Positions 1 to 12,620 of a stretch of 64,000 nt of DNA are shown one piece after another (position 1 is the stretch's first letter; the number at the start of each line of letters is the position of its first letter). Below the pieces are notes generated by a model. That model was not told the origin of the DNA and did no database searches. It saw only the letters and a program-made list of their open reading frames with translations. A program made the translations under genes and the position numbers. Source of the DNA: Oopsacas minuta (Eukaryota > Animalia > Porifera); the NCBI GenBank assembly GCA_024704765.1, contig JAKMXF010000333.1, positions 1-64,000 of the forward strand. The letters run 5' to 3'.

Positions 1-771
1 AACTTCGACACGCTGTTAGCAATGTGCGATGTGATAGGTTCCTGTCGCTGGGAAGGTGGCAAATATAGGCAGAGAAAGTTAACATAATTCACTGCTGATG
101 CTTTCATAGTAACGACAAAGTTCAGCGTTGCAGCCGCCACGTATCTGTTAACTCATCACCAATTCGAATTTGTCCTTCCTGCTGTTTTTTTTTCTCAAGA
201 TCCTCTGGAAAAGTTTTCGGACAAGCCAGGCAACGACACGGTGGTAACTTCTACATTGATGTAGGAGATGTTATCTCTGCATGCAAGGCACAGCGATTGC
301 ATCAGATGCTGAAATTTTAATATCATTCCACAAGGTTGTCTGGAGTGGAAATGCTCATGTTGTACAGCACCTATCGTATTAGAAGATATAGATGTTATGC
401 TGGAGACAAGTACAGAAGACACGCAAGCACTCCTTGATTCCACTGACACTCTTAAACATAAAGTAGTCTTCATTGCAGGATTCTTAACATATAAACACCT
501 AGGGCCGGGAGAGGGGAATGAGGTATCAAGTGAATTCTTGCAAGAGCTTGACAGAGGAGGGTTGAGAGTGCCTACATTAGACACCACATGTTTTGTATCC
601 ATAGCCATCAATCTCCTCGGAAAACTTCCTGAATCAAAAAACAGATGTCGAGTGTACATAATGAAAATTCTTTCATATGTGGATAGTCCTCTTGCGGAAA
701 ACTGGGAGCTGAGTTGTACTCTTGTTAATACCCTACTAAAGAATTTCTCTAATTGTATGTATTATACTTAG
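1..771 (+). mobile_element. P-element/THAP9-type transposase, C-terminal relic (pseudogenised, runs off window start)
   Basis: Frame 1 reads ...KLT*FTADAFIVTTK...FVLPAVFFSQDPLEKF, then frameshifts into GQARQRHGGNFYID, matching the P-transposase SQDPLExFFGxxRQ motif. One stop and frameshifts are present. ORF 397-771 is the distal tail. Confidence 0.75.
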
Positions 772-992
772 TCTATATGTTTTAGTTTTTAGTAATTATA
801 GTTTTTAGCATTTTATCTGTACTTTCGTAACCTGTATATTGTTTCAATTATCTTTTCAGCATTTGATAACATAACTCAGCATGAGATAATCATTGAGGTT
901 ATAGGGTATATACAAGAGTTCGAGTAATAATTGAATATTATTTGTTGTGTTTCTTCACGGCTGGAGGAGTCATCAGTTAAGCTGCCATTCGC

Positions 993-1586
993 TTAAGACA
1001 CCACACAATTTTGATTGATTAAAAAATTATCAAACAAAGGTGTCCTTTTGGCATCCTTGTCTTTCTTTGATGCCTTCTTATCAGTTACCTTGTTGTTATG
1101 CTGTATTTGACGTACCAGTGTTGTGGAACACTCTATCCACATTGAAATGAAATTAAGGTGATGTTTCTATGTATTCTCCCCACAGCATGGAGGCGATTGT
1201 CTCTCCCTCCTTAGAGGAGATCCTCCTAGATTCGGACAGATTTATCTTGTTGCCTACAACCAAGAATGGGATGGATAGATTCACTTATCTCTTGATGTCT
1301 TTTTGTATTTCCTTGGTTTCCTGCAGACTGAATCTATCTATGACAGAGAACACCAACAGATAGCCGTCACATTGATGGTAGAACTCTTCCCGAATAATTC
1401 CACACTCATCAGTTCCTGCTGTATCCAGGATCTGTAAGATGTATAAACTGTCCTCCACTCTAGCCGGAGCCTCGTATACCTCCTCTATTGTAGGAGTATA
1501 TCCACACACGAATTCAGTAAAATGAGACATGTCTTACCAACAGCACCTACTCCTAACACGAGGATTTTAATATGTTCCCTCTTCAT
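993..1586 (-). pseudogene. Intronless Ras-family small GTPase pseudogene
   Basis: ATG at 1586; G1 GVGAVGKT, effector YTPTIEE, G3 DTAG, G4 GNKIN, G5 ETS; basic tail ending in CaaX CVVS* (stop 993-995). Two frameshifts and two in-frame stops. Confidence 0.85.
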
Positions 1587-1996
1587 TTTCATTCACTATT
1601 CTGTTGAATAATTATATTATTTAGCAACACTCATTTATAACTTTTCTAGGATTTAAACCATTACAAAAATGCTGCAGTCAATTAACTAGAAATTTCCTTT
1701 CGTTTTGATTAAACAATACAAATACTTTTTCAAGTCAATTGAAGGATAATATTCGTAGTATCAATCTAGATACAACATTCATTTATTTTAGCAAACCATA
1801 AAACATATCTTTGAAATTTTAAAAATGTTGTTATTTAGTAAACCATAACATTAAATTTCGAATTTTGTATAAGAATAACCTTACTCAGTTTAGCAGCGCC
1901 AAATACTCGATTTGGACAAAGAACCACAATAATACCTTTCCCAATAAGGATTAAGAATGAAAGATTTTGTATTCCTTGTGTCAGAGTTTTCATGAA

Positions 1997-2569
1997 GGGG
2001 GTCTGTTCAGGTGTGTCTATAGGCAAAATCGACCTTTGAGAGCGCTACTGGTGGAGGAGCATTTCCGAATTTCCTTGTGACTCCTAGTTATTGCTTGAGG
2101 AATGATATTAATAAAGAAAGTCTGAAGGAAGAGCGGATTATAAGGTGTAATGAAATCTTCCCGTTCGCTAATATGCGTTATTGAAGGGTCTATTGGAATG
2201 AAAGATGTTGTATAAGTTGGAAATAAGATAGAGCCTTGCATTGGCTGTTCTTCAGGGGTCTGTTCAGGTGTCTATAGGCAAAATTAGATAAATCGACCCT
2301 TGAGAGCGCTACTGGTGGATGAGCATTTCAGAATTCCCTTATGACTGCCAATTATTGCTTGAGGAATGATATTAATAAAGAAAGTCTGAAGGAAGAGCGG
2401 ATTATAAGGTGTAATGAAATCTTCCCGTTCGCTAATATGCGTTGTTGAAGGGTCTATTGGAATGAAAGAAGATATTGTATAAGTTGGAAATAAGATAGAG
2501 CCTTGCATTGGCTGTTCTTCAGGGGTCTGTTCAGGTGTCTATAGGCAAAATTAAATAAATCGACCCTTG
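1997..2569. repeat. Tandem repeat, about 2.1 copies of a 264/267-bp unit
   Basis: Anchor GACC(T/C)TTG recurs at 2031, 2295 and 2562, and the copies are nearly identical (see paired ORFs 2017-2241 and 2284-2508). Confidence 0.95.
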
Positions 2570-3257
2570 CTAGCGTAGCAACTAGATGTGACATAGGAAT
2601 TTGAAAATAGCTACATACGTAGTTAATACAACAATTAACTTGAGTGAATGACTTATTAATTAATCACACATTCAATGATTAGATACAGCAAGCCTTAAGA
2701 ATAATAATTCAATATTAATTAGTTACGAAGTAATTTCGGGTATTATGTAATGCGAGAAATATGGAAATTTAAAGAAAACAAAAATTACTACATAGTTATA
2801 ACGTCAATTTTAGGAATGTGTATTATCGGATACCGACAAAACGTCCCACGACATTTCGCTCCACTTTTGATTGGTCAATGTTTGTTAATAATTTAACAGG
2901 TTTTAAATGGTTAAATTATATTGCAAATATAATCAATTAATTTGGGATGAATGATTTCAGAAGAATCTAATGCTACAGTTTTGATATCGTAAACCTAAAC
3001 ATAGAAGTTCTGTGTTAGCAAAGTGAGGTAAGATGATTTATAGTAAAGGTAACGAATTTATATCAGGAATACATACGTAGTAATTAATTCTTTTGATGGA
3101 GAAGATGCGAAATTAATTGTATGTTTGCCAGTAAACCTGGAGTCACCTTTGTAGTTCTATTTAAATGTTGAAATTGTATTATTTTCAGCTTGCATTATCA
3201 GCTAAATATTATTTGCTACATTTTTATATTCTTTCAATTAACAACTTCATTTTATCA

Positions 3258-3600
3258 ATGGATCCTGATCAGCCCTCCTTCAGGCTGATCAGAACGAACA
3301 AGGGAGGACAAAAGATGTTAGAAGGAGGATACTTATATTTGATGCATAGGAGAGTTGGAGAAATGACACATTGGCAGTGTGAGCAGAGAGGAGAGTGTAA
3401 AGCAAGGGTTCATACGAAGGGAATGGAGATAATGAAGCGTACGAATGAGCATCTGCATGCACCTGATGTGCAGGCTACGGCCTGCTGTGAGATAAAGGCC
3501 GGCATCAAGAGGAAAGCACGAGACACACAGGATAGCTCACACCACATAACCGGTGAGAAGCTCAAGTCAATCACACAAGTGATCGGGAGCAACAGTATGG
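3258..3600 (+). mobile_element. FLYWCH zinc-finger fragment, probably from a Mutator/MULE transposase
   Basis: GGYLYLMHR...THWQCEQRGECKARVHT...TNEHLHAPD fits the FLYWCH pattern (Y, W-x-C, C-x-A-R, H-x-H). No DDE domain follows. Confidence 0.75.
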
Positions 3601-4257
3601 CTGTCTTCGACGGAAGGAGAAACTTCAATAGCTTATTTACAAATTTTGTCTTTATCATCCTTATATTTGAATTCCTATTTAGGTTCACACCTATTCTATG
3701 TTTAACTCTACCAATAAAAGTAGAGACTAAGATATTACTATATATGGAAAAAGTGTGAAAACCACAAAACTAAAACCAAGAGTATTTTTGATAGGTTGAC
3801 TAACTCAATTGACTCCTCATATGCGACTTACCATTCGATAATTATACATTTGTCATACCTAACTCGTACCAATTACGAAATATTCACGATTTTACCTTAT
3901 ATGGAGGTGTGAAACCGCATAACTCAAATTACACAAATATTTAAGGTAAGGAAATGTGACTAAATGACTCCTTACCCATGAATTCCCATTGTATAATAAC
4001 ACATTTATCATGTCTAACTCTAACTGGAAGCGATATTTTGACATTATTAACATAATAAGGCAACATGACCAATAGGCTCTAAAAGTATAACTTCCTATTC
4101 AACAATAACACATTTGGGGTAACTAACTCTAGCAGTTTACGAGATCTCGATAAGTACACCATGGACCCAAATTCCAAGACCCGAGCTGGCAGCCCACAGT
4201 CCTTTTTTAAAGTCTATGAGTAGATTAGTACATAAGCGTACGTAAAACAATTATATA

Positions 4258-5590
4258 CTAGGGCGTTCAATAAGTCTTGCGGGTGATATCATAGAATATG
4301 ATACAAATACTATACACACTAATTCACTATATTATTTATTCAAAGTAATCCCCTCCTGCAGATACACAAAGTTTTAACCTTTCCACCCACTTGTAAAACA
4401 CATTTCTGAACTCTTCTTCGGGGATGGATTTGAAGTACTGGTACAGGCCCGTTCCGAGTGCTTGTAGTGTGTTAAAATCTTTGCCTTGAAGGTAGATTTT
4501 AAGCTTGGGGAATAGCCAAAAATCACACGGAGCTAGGTTTGGTGAGTAGGGTGGATGGGGAAATAATTCTAACCCTTCTACATCCAAGAAATTTTTGGTA
4601 AGCTTAGCTGTATGGGAACTGGCGTTATCAATTAAAATCTTCATTCCTCGAGTTCCGGTTTTCGGGCGGTACTTTTCTATATTTTTATCAAATTTGGAAG
4701 CACTTGCTCTGTAAAGAAAGTAGCAGTAACAGCCTAGCCACTCTCACAAGGTAATTGCAAGACAATTCCATGACTACTGAAGAAGATGGTATACATAATC
4801 TTAGGTTTTGTGAAGTCGGGCCTAGGAATTTTCGCCGGTTGTTCGTCGCCCTCACCCATGATCGCTTCTTATACTTGCTATATGGTGTTGAATAGTACAC
4901 CCACGTCTCGTCACCAGTAATAATCTCTGTTAGGCGTCTAGAATCGCAGTTCTCATAAGTTTCCAAGAGTTTCTTGTCAATATTCAGTCGTGCCAACCTT
5001 TGATTCTCACTGAGCTTATGCGGGACCCATTTCCCACAAATCGATCGGTAGCCAAGCTCAGTCGTCAGAATTGTATGAATAGCTCCCGATGAAATCTCCA
5101 TACTTTGTTCTAACTGATTGACAGTAATGCACTTGTCTTCCATGACCATACTTTCAATGAGTGCGATATTCTCTGAAGTGGTGGCGGATACCGGTCTTCC
5201 AGATCGAGGCAAATCTGTGACATCAGCATCACCAGATCTCAAACGGGCAGCCCATCGCTCTACAGTAGATCAGGAAGGGCAATCCACGCACAATATCTCC
5301 TGTAACTCGCTGAAGATCTGTACGGGCTGGATCTTGAGTATTGTGCGAAACTCTATGTAAGCTCGCCATTTGAGGTTGAAATTATCCTCCTTTGAAGCCA
5401 TAAATTCAACAGTGGGTATAAATTGACTACACGTAACTATCTCAAAAATTCATAATTTATATTGAATAAGCTTGAAACTTTCAGTATATGGAGTTTAACT
5501 ATATGGGCTTATAATATATGAAAGTTAGATATATTACTTGACTAATTCCTAAGATATATCATGACCCGCAAGACTTATTGAACGCCCTGA
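4258..5590 (-). mobile_element. Mariner (DD34D) element, full length, defective
   Basis: TIR core AGGGCGTTCAATAAGTCTTGCGGGT at both ends; TA at 4256-57 and 5591-92. Transposase from ATG 5401 to 4336 has GDETW, DNASSH and HPPYSPNLAPCDFWLF, with an in-frame TGA and a frameshift. Confidence 0.95.
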
Positions 5591-5714
5591 TACAAGTATG
5601 AGAATCTAAATGTCACAATATGAAGTTAATCTATTATTGGGAACTATAAAAAGGTACTAAATGGGTGAATTACTACTAAATGAGAGTTTATTTACTGTAT
5701 CAATCCACTACTTT

Positions 5715-5945
5715 AGAAAATATCGATGCTGCCAGATATTATATTCTCCTCCTCATTCACTATCTTGAGTTGTTCAGTGTTATATCCGATTGCCCTCAAG
5801 TTGAATTTTAGAAACAGTAGCCTGCCAATATTTTCTGGGAGCAGTCTAACACGTTCATCGCTGCTGAGTTATATTTTAAATTTTGAATTCACGTTCACTG
5901 GCACATGATCCAATTGGTGCGGGTATGCATAAATACTTATAATCT
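5715..5945 (-). mobile_element. hAT transposase C-terminal dimerisation-domain relic
   Basis: KYLCIPAPIGSCASEREFK followed, after a frameshift, by SSDERVRLLPENIGRLLFLKFN, matching the hATC YLxIPAxSxxSERxFS...RxRLxPExxxxLxFL pattern. Confidence 0.7.
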
Positions 5946-6457
5946 AATTTGCCAGTTGTGGCCATTGTACAGACCTTCCCTTATTTGACATATGGACCGT
6001 ATTTCTCAGGCAAAGAGTTAGAAAGTACCTTATTAATCTAAATAACTACAATCAATTTTAGAAATCCAGGGAATCCGAGAAATGTATCCAAGGAAATAGT
6101 TTCAAAGGGTTGGTAAGTATGCATTTCATTATGCCAAAATTCCAACGGATTCTTTAGAGGGAAGAGAACACTGTTGTTAGGCTCCCCACCTTGAATTGCC
6201 AAATTATGCAGGTTCTATTCTTTCTGCGTTCGCCCCTTTTGCAATTTCTCTTTGAAATTTTTGTGTAGTTTCATTCAAAATTGCATCCAGCCCATCTCAA
6301 TCCTAACTTCTGAAAATTCCCCACTTTAGGAGATTCAGTGGCTATTTGTTCCAAACACTTCCATTTACCAACCCCACTTGCAAGGTTCCACTGTTTTCGA
6401 GTACTTATATACGTATATTCGGTAGACAACAATATCATTAGTAGCTAATAATCTCAG

Positions 6458-7720
6458 ATGGCTACTTCGATAACTACTACAGGATTAAACTATGAAGAGA
6501 AGCCTTTCCTATCACAATTGGCTGTTGCTAAATCCGAACTGAATGAGAAAATAATGGCAGCTGAGGAGTCTGTAGCTGAGAGATTAAGAGAGAGAGTACT
6601 ACAGCTACACTCTGAGTTTAAGAGGATAGAGGACGAATATAATTGTAAAGAAGTTACTGATGAGATAGCAAAATTAGAAGCTGAGAAAGGAGAAATTAGA
6701 TTCAAAGATCCTGAAGAAGGATTCATGAGAAGGGAATTAAAACGGATCGATCTCCGTATAAACGAGCTGGAAACAATGATGGAGAAATCCCAAGCAAAGT
6801 TTAGGAGAGTTGAGTTTGAGTGGGACGAACTTCCCCTTGAAAATATACATTGTAAAGTAGGATCAATTCGAGTCAGTGCTGTACCTAACTATAAGCAATT
6901 ATCTGATCCAGTGAAGTATGCTGGTACACACAGTTACAACTCTCCAGATTCTCAAGAATTCAGATGTCCTCGTTCCTTAGGTATTGACCCGGAAACGAAT
7001 AATATTTATATTTGTGACACTGGAAACAATCGAGTTCAAGTTTACAACGAATCTTTAAAGTTCATTCGTGATATCAGTGACAAGATGAAAGGCCCAGCTT
7101 ATATATGCATACAGCTTAACAAGGTATATGTTACACAGACAGATGTTAATAGCCTCAATGTATATCATACTGACGGTGCATTATCTCATACTGTCGGAAG
7201 TAAAGGAAAGAAAGAGCTAGAATTTGATGATCCTAGAGGAGTTGTTGTTTCAATTGAGAAAGATCTTATCTACATTTGTGACTGGTCCAACAATCGCATA
7301 CAATGTTTGAATCTACAGGACTATAGCTTCAAATCATTAATTAGTGATGTTTGTCACCCAAAGGAAATCAAACTAACTTCACAGGAAGTAGTAGTGTTAA
7401 TGGAGGGAGAGAAGTGTATCAGATTTTATAATTATTCTCATCAGCTGATTCGAGACATTATCACCTATGGAGAAGATAATCAAGTTGGACTTTCAAGTCA
7501 TTTCTGTATCGACTTAGATTCCAATATTTTGATAACAGACCATTCAGATTTTTGTCATTGTGTTCTGATATTTTCCAGCTCAGAAAAACTTATACACAAG
7601 ATTGGAGAATATGGAGAAGATCGCGGCCAATTTAAAGAACCAAAAGGTATTGCAATAGACAGAAACGGTAGAATAATTGTGGTATCTCATAACATGTATC
7701 AGTGTATTCAGATATTTTGA
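6458..7720 (+). CDS. Coiled-coil + NHL-repeat (beta-propeller) protein, TRIM-NHL-like but without RING/B-box
   Basis: Open 420-aa single-exon ORF. Charged coiled-coil N-terminus; NHL repeats FRCPRSLGID...IYICDTGNNRVQV, FDDPRGVVV...ICDWSNNRIQ and FKEPKGIAID. Confidence 0.9.
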   Translation: MATSITTTGLNYEEKPFLSQLAVAKSELNEKIMAAEESVAERLRERVLQLHSEFKRIEDEYNCKEVTDEIAKLEAEKGEIRFKDPEEGFMRRELKRIDLRINELETMMEKSQAKFRRVEFEWDELPLENIHCKVGSIRVSAVPNYKQLSDPVKYAGTHSYNSPDSQEFRCPRSLGIDPETNNIYICDTGNNRVQVYNESLKFIRDISDKMKGPAYICIQLNKVYVTQTDVNSLNVYHTDGALSHTVGSKGKKELEFDDPRGVVVSIEKDLIYICDWSNNRIQCLNLQDYSFKSLISDVCHPKEIKLTSQEVVVLMEGEKCIRFYNYSHQLIRDIITYGEDNQVGLSSHFCIDLDSNILITDHSDFCHCVLIFSSSEKLIHKIGEYGEDRGQFKEPKGIAIDRNGRIIVVSHNMYQCIQIF

Positions 7721-8307
7721 AACGAATATACTTGTCAGATTATTTTACCTTTCTTAGAGTATATATATATATATATTTTGTGGTGTGTATATATTTGATC
7801 GAGTTATTTATAAATTTGGTTCTAATAGAGCAGATTAACCTACGTAATTATATCACTTGTCTAGTTATATGTACGTAGTGAAGGTTTCGGTACGTGATTA
7901 TTCATGAAACATTGAACACTGCTAGAAGCGCAATCTGTAGCAAACATGGTTAGCTAAGCACGAGGAATCTATAGCGAAATCTTAAGACGTACACAATAGT
8001 GAAAAAAATTTGTCTGTACTATCTGAGTTACGTCATCCGAATAGGGATTGCATTGCAATAATTAATGGGAAGTAATACGTATTAACCGAGCGTACGTCTT
8101 ATCCAAGTTCTACTGTACTACCCTAATATACACGCTTGCATAACCATTCCAACTACTAGTGGGGAAAGTCTATTACTATTAATTTGTTTATTCCCAATTA
8201 ATCCTACGTGTATGTCATAATTCACTGACCTATGGCAGATACATTTTAGTCCTAGGTTATGGTGTACCAGCTGTACTCTGCTTTAAGTTAACACATATTA
8301 ATTAGAA

Positions 8308-9513
8308 ATGCTATTCTACTACATATTCTTTATTTTGTTCTTATCAACTTTATTTTTGGCTTATGCAATACATTTTGCGTTCAGGGTCAGAAAGAAAATC
8401 AGTCGATTCGCTTGCTCAATTGACGCGCACTCTTTCGCCGATAAATACTCAGTCACATTACAGATAAACACAACAGAAAAACGGTTAATATTTGGTCGAA
8501 AAAATGGTGAGAATCGTTGCAAAATATCTTTATTCTATAATGAACATAAAATGATATTTTACCCAGTTATACTGAACAGATTAACTGCTATTGATAGAAA
8601 TGAGTATAGAGACTATTTTTATGAATCTCTCGAGTTTATTACTGGCCGTAAGAAAGATGTCATCATCCGTGATGTCAAATGGTATTTCATATTGAATTTC
8701 TTCAGAATGTCTAGTTTCTATCAGATTTTGTTTAATATGCGACCTTTTAGACCAATTCTACCATTTGTTCAGCAGAATAATTTGGATGATCCTGATACGA
8801 TAATGCACTATGTTCCGAACCATTTGAAGATTGGAACAAAACTAACTTTAGTTGAAATAGATAGTTTTCCTAGATACTACATTGATTCACTGAACAAACA
8901 AACTTGTAATTCTTCAAAGAAAAGGATTGCCGCTCTCAGGAAATTGATAAAAACTGTCAAATATCGAAAACATTCTTGCAAAATCCCTCCAAAAGAAGCT
9001 ATGTTATTCGATGAAGATTTCTTAAATTCATTGCGTCAGTCTAGTCAGCCTGTTGACTACATAGAAGCTGAAATACAGAAAACTCGCGGTTTCTCACACA
9101 AATTAGGCTCAGATAAAATTGGCAAATGTAATCTTCATGCTTTAGACCACAAACTAAATCCACTATTCGCTGCTGACATAAACAAATTTTTAGCGAATTC
9201 TAACACTTTTACCTCTCGCAGTGATAGCCGTATTGTATTATACTACATACCTAATGGTGGATTACGTTACTATTCAGCTCTTTACCATCATCAATACAGC
9301 GTGTTAAATTTCTCGAGGAAGATTGATAATATTAGAGATGAAATGCTATTTCTTTGCTGTTTCAATAAAGCTAAATTTGAGCTGAGTGAACAGATGGATA
9401 AGATTGATGTATTGATTAGTTTATTACAAAATGAATGGAATATATTCTCTAAAGGCACACAGGTTTATCTTGTTGGGAATCAATCAGAAATGCATTTATT
9501 AATGAAAGAATAA
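8308..9513 (+). CDS. Orphan 401-aa protein with N-terminal hydrophobic anchor
   Basis: Uninterrupted 1.2-kb ORF in stop-rich AT-rich DNA. Residues 2-25 are hydrophobic and followed by RVRKK. No domain recognised. Confidence 0.65.
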   Translation: MLFYYIFFILFLSTLFLAYAIHFAFRVRKKISRFACSIDAHSFADKYSVTLQINTTEKRLIFGRKNGENRCKISLFYNEHKMIFYPVILNRLTAIDRNEYRDYFYESLEFITGRKKDVIIRDVKWYFILNFFRMSSFYQILFNMRPFRPILPFVQQNNLDDPDTIMHYVPNHLKIGTKLTLVEIDSFPRYYIDSLNKQTCNSSKKRIAALRKLIKTVKYRKHSCKIPPKEAMLFDEDFLNSLRQSSQPVDYIEAEIQKTRGFSHKLGSDKIGKCNLHALDHKLNPLFAADINKFLANSNTFTSRSDSRIVLYYIPNGGLRYYSALYHHQYSVLNFSRKIDNIRDEMLFLCCFNKAKFELSEQMDKIDVLISLLQNEWNIFSKGTQVYLVGNQSEMHLLMKE

Positions 9514-10351
9514 TAATAATTGAAATGTATCATTGGTTGTTTGGGTGGATTAAATGTCTACTCTACAAACTGGATGTCTCCAGTAAGGTGTAAGGTGCAT
9601 ACTTACCAACCCCTTGTAACTGTTTCTCTGGAAATTTTACTCTCAAAATTCCTGAATTTCGAATATTATATGCAAATTCAAATCCCTTGATAACCCAGGG
9701 TCCCTGGATGGTTTGGAAAATATGAAGGTGAATCAAACCGAAGCAAAATTTGTGGGTCAGCTCCTGTCTGGTAAACGAAATATAGACTATTTAAATATTT
9801 CTAGTACTAGCTGAGTCAATCTAGCGATCGATTATATATCTCAACGAATATTATCGTAGTTGTGACTTTTTATCCAACAGGCCAACTCACCCGATTCAAA
9901 TTTTTGGACCAGGGATAAGTCCCAAGTCCATTGAAATGATACAGGCATTTATTTTGTGATATTATTGAATTGGGCCCGACTAAGGCTTGAGAATAAAACA
10001 GTATATGACTACAAAGTATTTCCAGGCTGAAATAACTTATCTAATTTCTTACATAGCAAATATGTTAGAAAATTGCTAAAATTTTGAAATTCTATTAATT
10101 GTTCATAAATACATTTCGGGGTTAAGGAATTATTCCATGAGATCTAAGGATATCTCCACACAAATATCAAAGATTGTCCTAATAATTTCTGCACGTTCCA
10201 GAGACTTATAGTAGTGACCATGGATGACATTTATCACATTCGTTTGAAGCGTATAATGGTATTTTATGTCTTGTCATGATGGATATATTCACAAATCTAT
10301 GTGATCCAACCACTTATCTACATTCTTATCAATAGCATATAATTTATTATA

Positions 10352-12620
10352 ATGGCATCAGCAATTCATGTATCAGATCATATTCCATCTTCATTCCAGA
10401 ATTTGCAAAAGAGATTGGATCAATTCAGAGAAGCAGCTATGAATGATTTAGCTTTGAATATCTCTTATGTTAGTTTATTTTGGCCAATTAATGTCTTGGA
10501 AGATATTATTGACAATATGTGTATTTTTGAACAACAGAACAATTCTATTCAAAAGAACACTGAATTTCATTTGGAATTGAATAAATTTGCAGATAGTCTT
10601 GAAGATCCTTGGGGTATAGCGATCGACTCTGCTAATGATCTTGTTTATATTACTGAGAGATATTTTGATAAAGTTAGGATATTCTGTAGATGTTATGGAA
10701 CATGTATTGGCTGTATTGAAGGGGAAAAATTACAATTTCCAGAGAATATTATTCTAAAACACATTTCTGTAATTGTACAGTGCAGTAAATCAATTCATAA
10801 ATCGATTCATTAACTCTTAATACAGAATTAACCATACTTTCTGATTCATTATTGGCTGGTTTATGTACAGATGAGTTACACATGTATGTAGGAGATTACT
10901 ACAATGTGAGTCTAGTGGTACTGAGTATGAATTTAGAAGAAGAGAGGAGAATAACTCTCAAAGGTGAATACTGCAAAGCTAATGAAACTCTGATAAAGTC
11001 CATCTCATTGGTTCAAAATGAGTTTTAAATTTTGTTTGTAAATACAGATTACCCTCTACAAGCCTTTTCAATTGAGGGTATCCTCACAAGAACAGTTATA
11101 CCTTTACAATTATTGAAGTTTCCTCGCTGCTTCTCTCTCGATCAACAGTTAAACGTTATAATAGGAGGTGTAGATGACGTGAAGATATTCTCGAATGAAG
11201 GGAAATACAAAACTAAGTTTGGGAGGTTTTCTGATGCGAGGGGCACTCGAAAAGTTTTGCCGTTTGATATGAAACCATTAATCTGTCGGATATTTTTCCG
11301 CATCCATCTTTTCAGACATATTTTATTACTCTACTTTGAAACTTTCATTCATTTATCTCTTCTACTTTCATACATTAGATAATTTTAGTATACATGGCTT
11401 CTAAAATATCTCAATCTACATCAGATCTCACAAAACGTGATTTTCGAGGAACGATTTGATCTTATTCAAACTACAGAAGACAAGAGTAGAAATCTATGAA
11501 TCTTTACAGGAACATTTCCCGGATCTAGCTACAGTTGAACGATGGTACAGGGAATTTATTCACGGAAACTTTGTTCTTGTAGATGCTCCTCGTTCAGGAA
11601 GACCGAATATTTTACATAATGAAGAAAATGTTAACGAAATGCTAGATCTAATTACTAAAGATCCTCATACTACGTACGCTCAGTTGGAGTATGAAACCGA
11701 GTTATCATCGGGGACAATTAATATCATTTTGCACAAAGAGCTTTGTGTCAGGAAGTTGTGTGCCCGATGGATCGCCCATTCTTTGAACTTACAGCGAAAC
11801 ATATCCCGCATAGACTTTTGCAAAATTATGCTCAAAAGGTTTGCTAATGGAAGTTCAAGAGCTGTTTCTGAGATCCTTACAGGTGATGAGACATGGATAT
11901 ACCATTATGATCCAGAAACAAAGCGAATGTCAAAGGAGTGGGTTGAAGAAGATGCCCTACCTCCAACCAAAGTACGGAGGGCTAGATCTGTTGGGAACAA
12001 ATGTGGGCGATTTTTTTCAGATCTAGTGGGTTTGTCGAAGTTGTTGCTCTCGAGGATAGAAAGACTGTTACTGCCGACTGGTACACTACAGTGTGCCTAC
12101 CCAAAGTCATCACAGCAATTGAGTCACAGCGGGAGAAGACAGGCATTAGAGGAATTCTTCTTCATCATGATAATGCATCATCGCATACGGCAATCAGAAC
12201 TCGTGAGTTTTTGGAAAATTCTGGACTCAAAACATTACCTCACCCACCCTACAGTCCTGATTTAGCCCCTTGCGACTTCTGGTTGTTCCCTAGACTCAAA
12301 GATTAATTACGTGGGAGGAGATTTTCGACTAATGAGGAGTTGAGAGGGGCACTTTTCCAAGTGATCGGAGACATACCCAAAGAAGAGTGGAAAAAATGTT
12401 TTGATAATTGGTTTACCAGAATGAAAAAATGTATAGATTGTCAGAGAGAGTATTTTGAAAAAATGTAATAGTCAATTTTATTATTACTATCTGATATGTC
12501 GGTCAACGTCAAAACTTTTCGAGTGCCCTTCGTATATTTGGCTTAGCAGTAGATGAGTTAGGGTCTATTATTACTGTATAACGAAGATCCCCTGTGATAC
12601 AAGAATTTAAAATAGTTTAA
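10352..12620 (+). pseudogene. NHL-repeat pseudogene interrupted by a mariner insertion
   Basis: LEDPWGIAIDSANDLVYITE; FPRCFSLDQQLNVIIGG..VKIFSNEGKY before the mariner; IFGLAVDELGSIITV*RRSPVIQEF resumes after 12534. Stops and frameshifts are present. Confidence 0.75.
11237..12532 (+). mobile_element. Mariner (DD34D) element, defective
   Basis: TIRs CGA(G/A)GGGCACTCGAAAAGTTTTG; flanks TG (left) and TA (right). GDETW, HDNASSH and SPDLAPCDFW are split over ORFs 11456-12265 and 12001-12306, with a frameshift and a stop. Confidence 0.93.

Noticed and set aside
195-659. 154-aa minus-strand ORF and similar antisense ORFs over transposases and the FN3 exon
   Set aside because: Shadows of coding sequence on the opposite strand, with no motifs.
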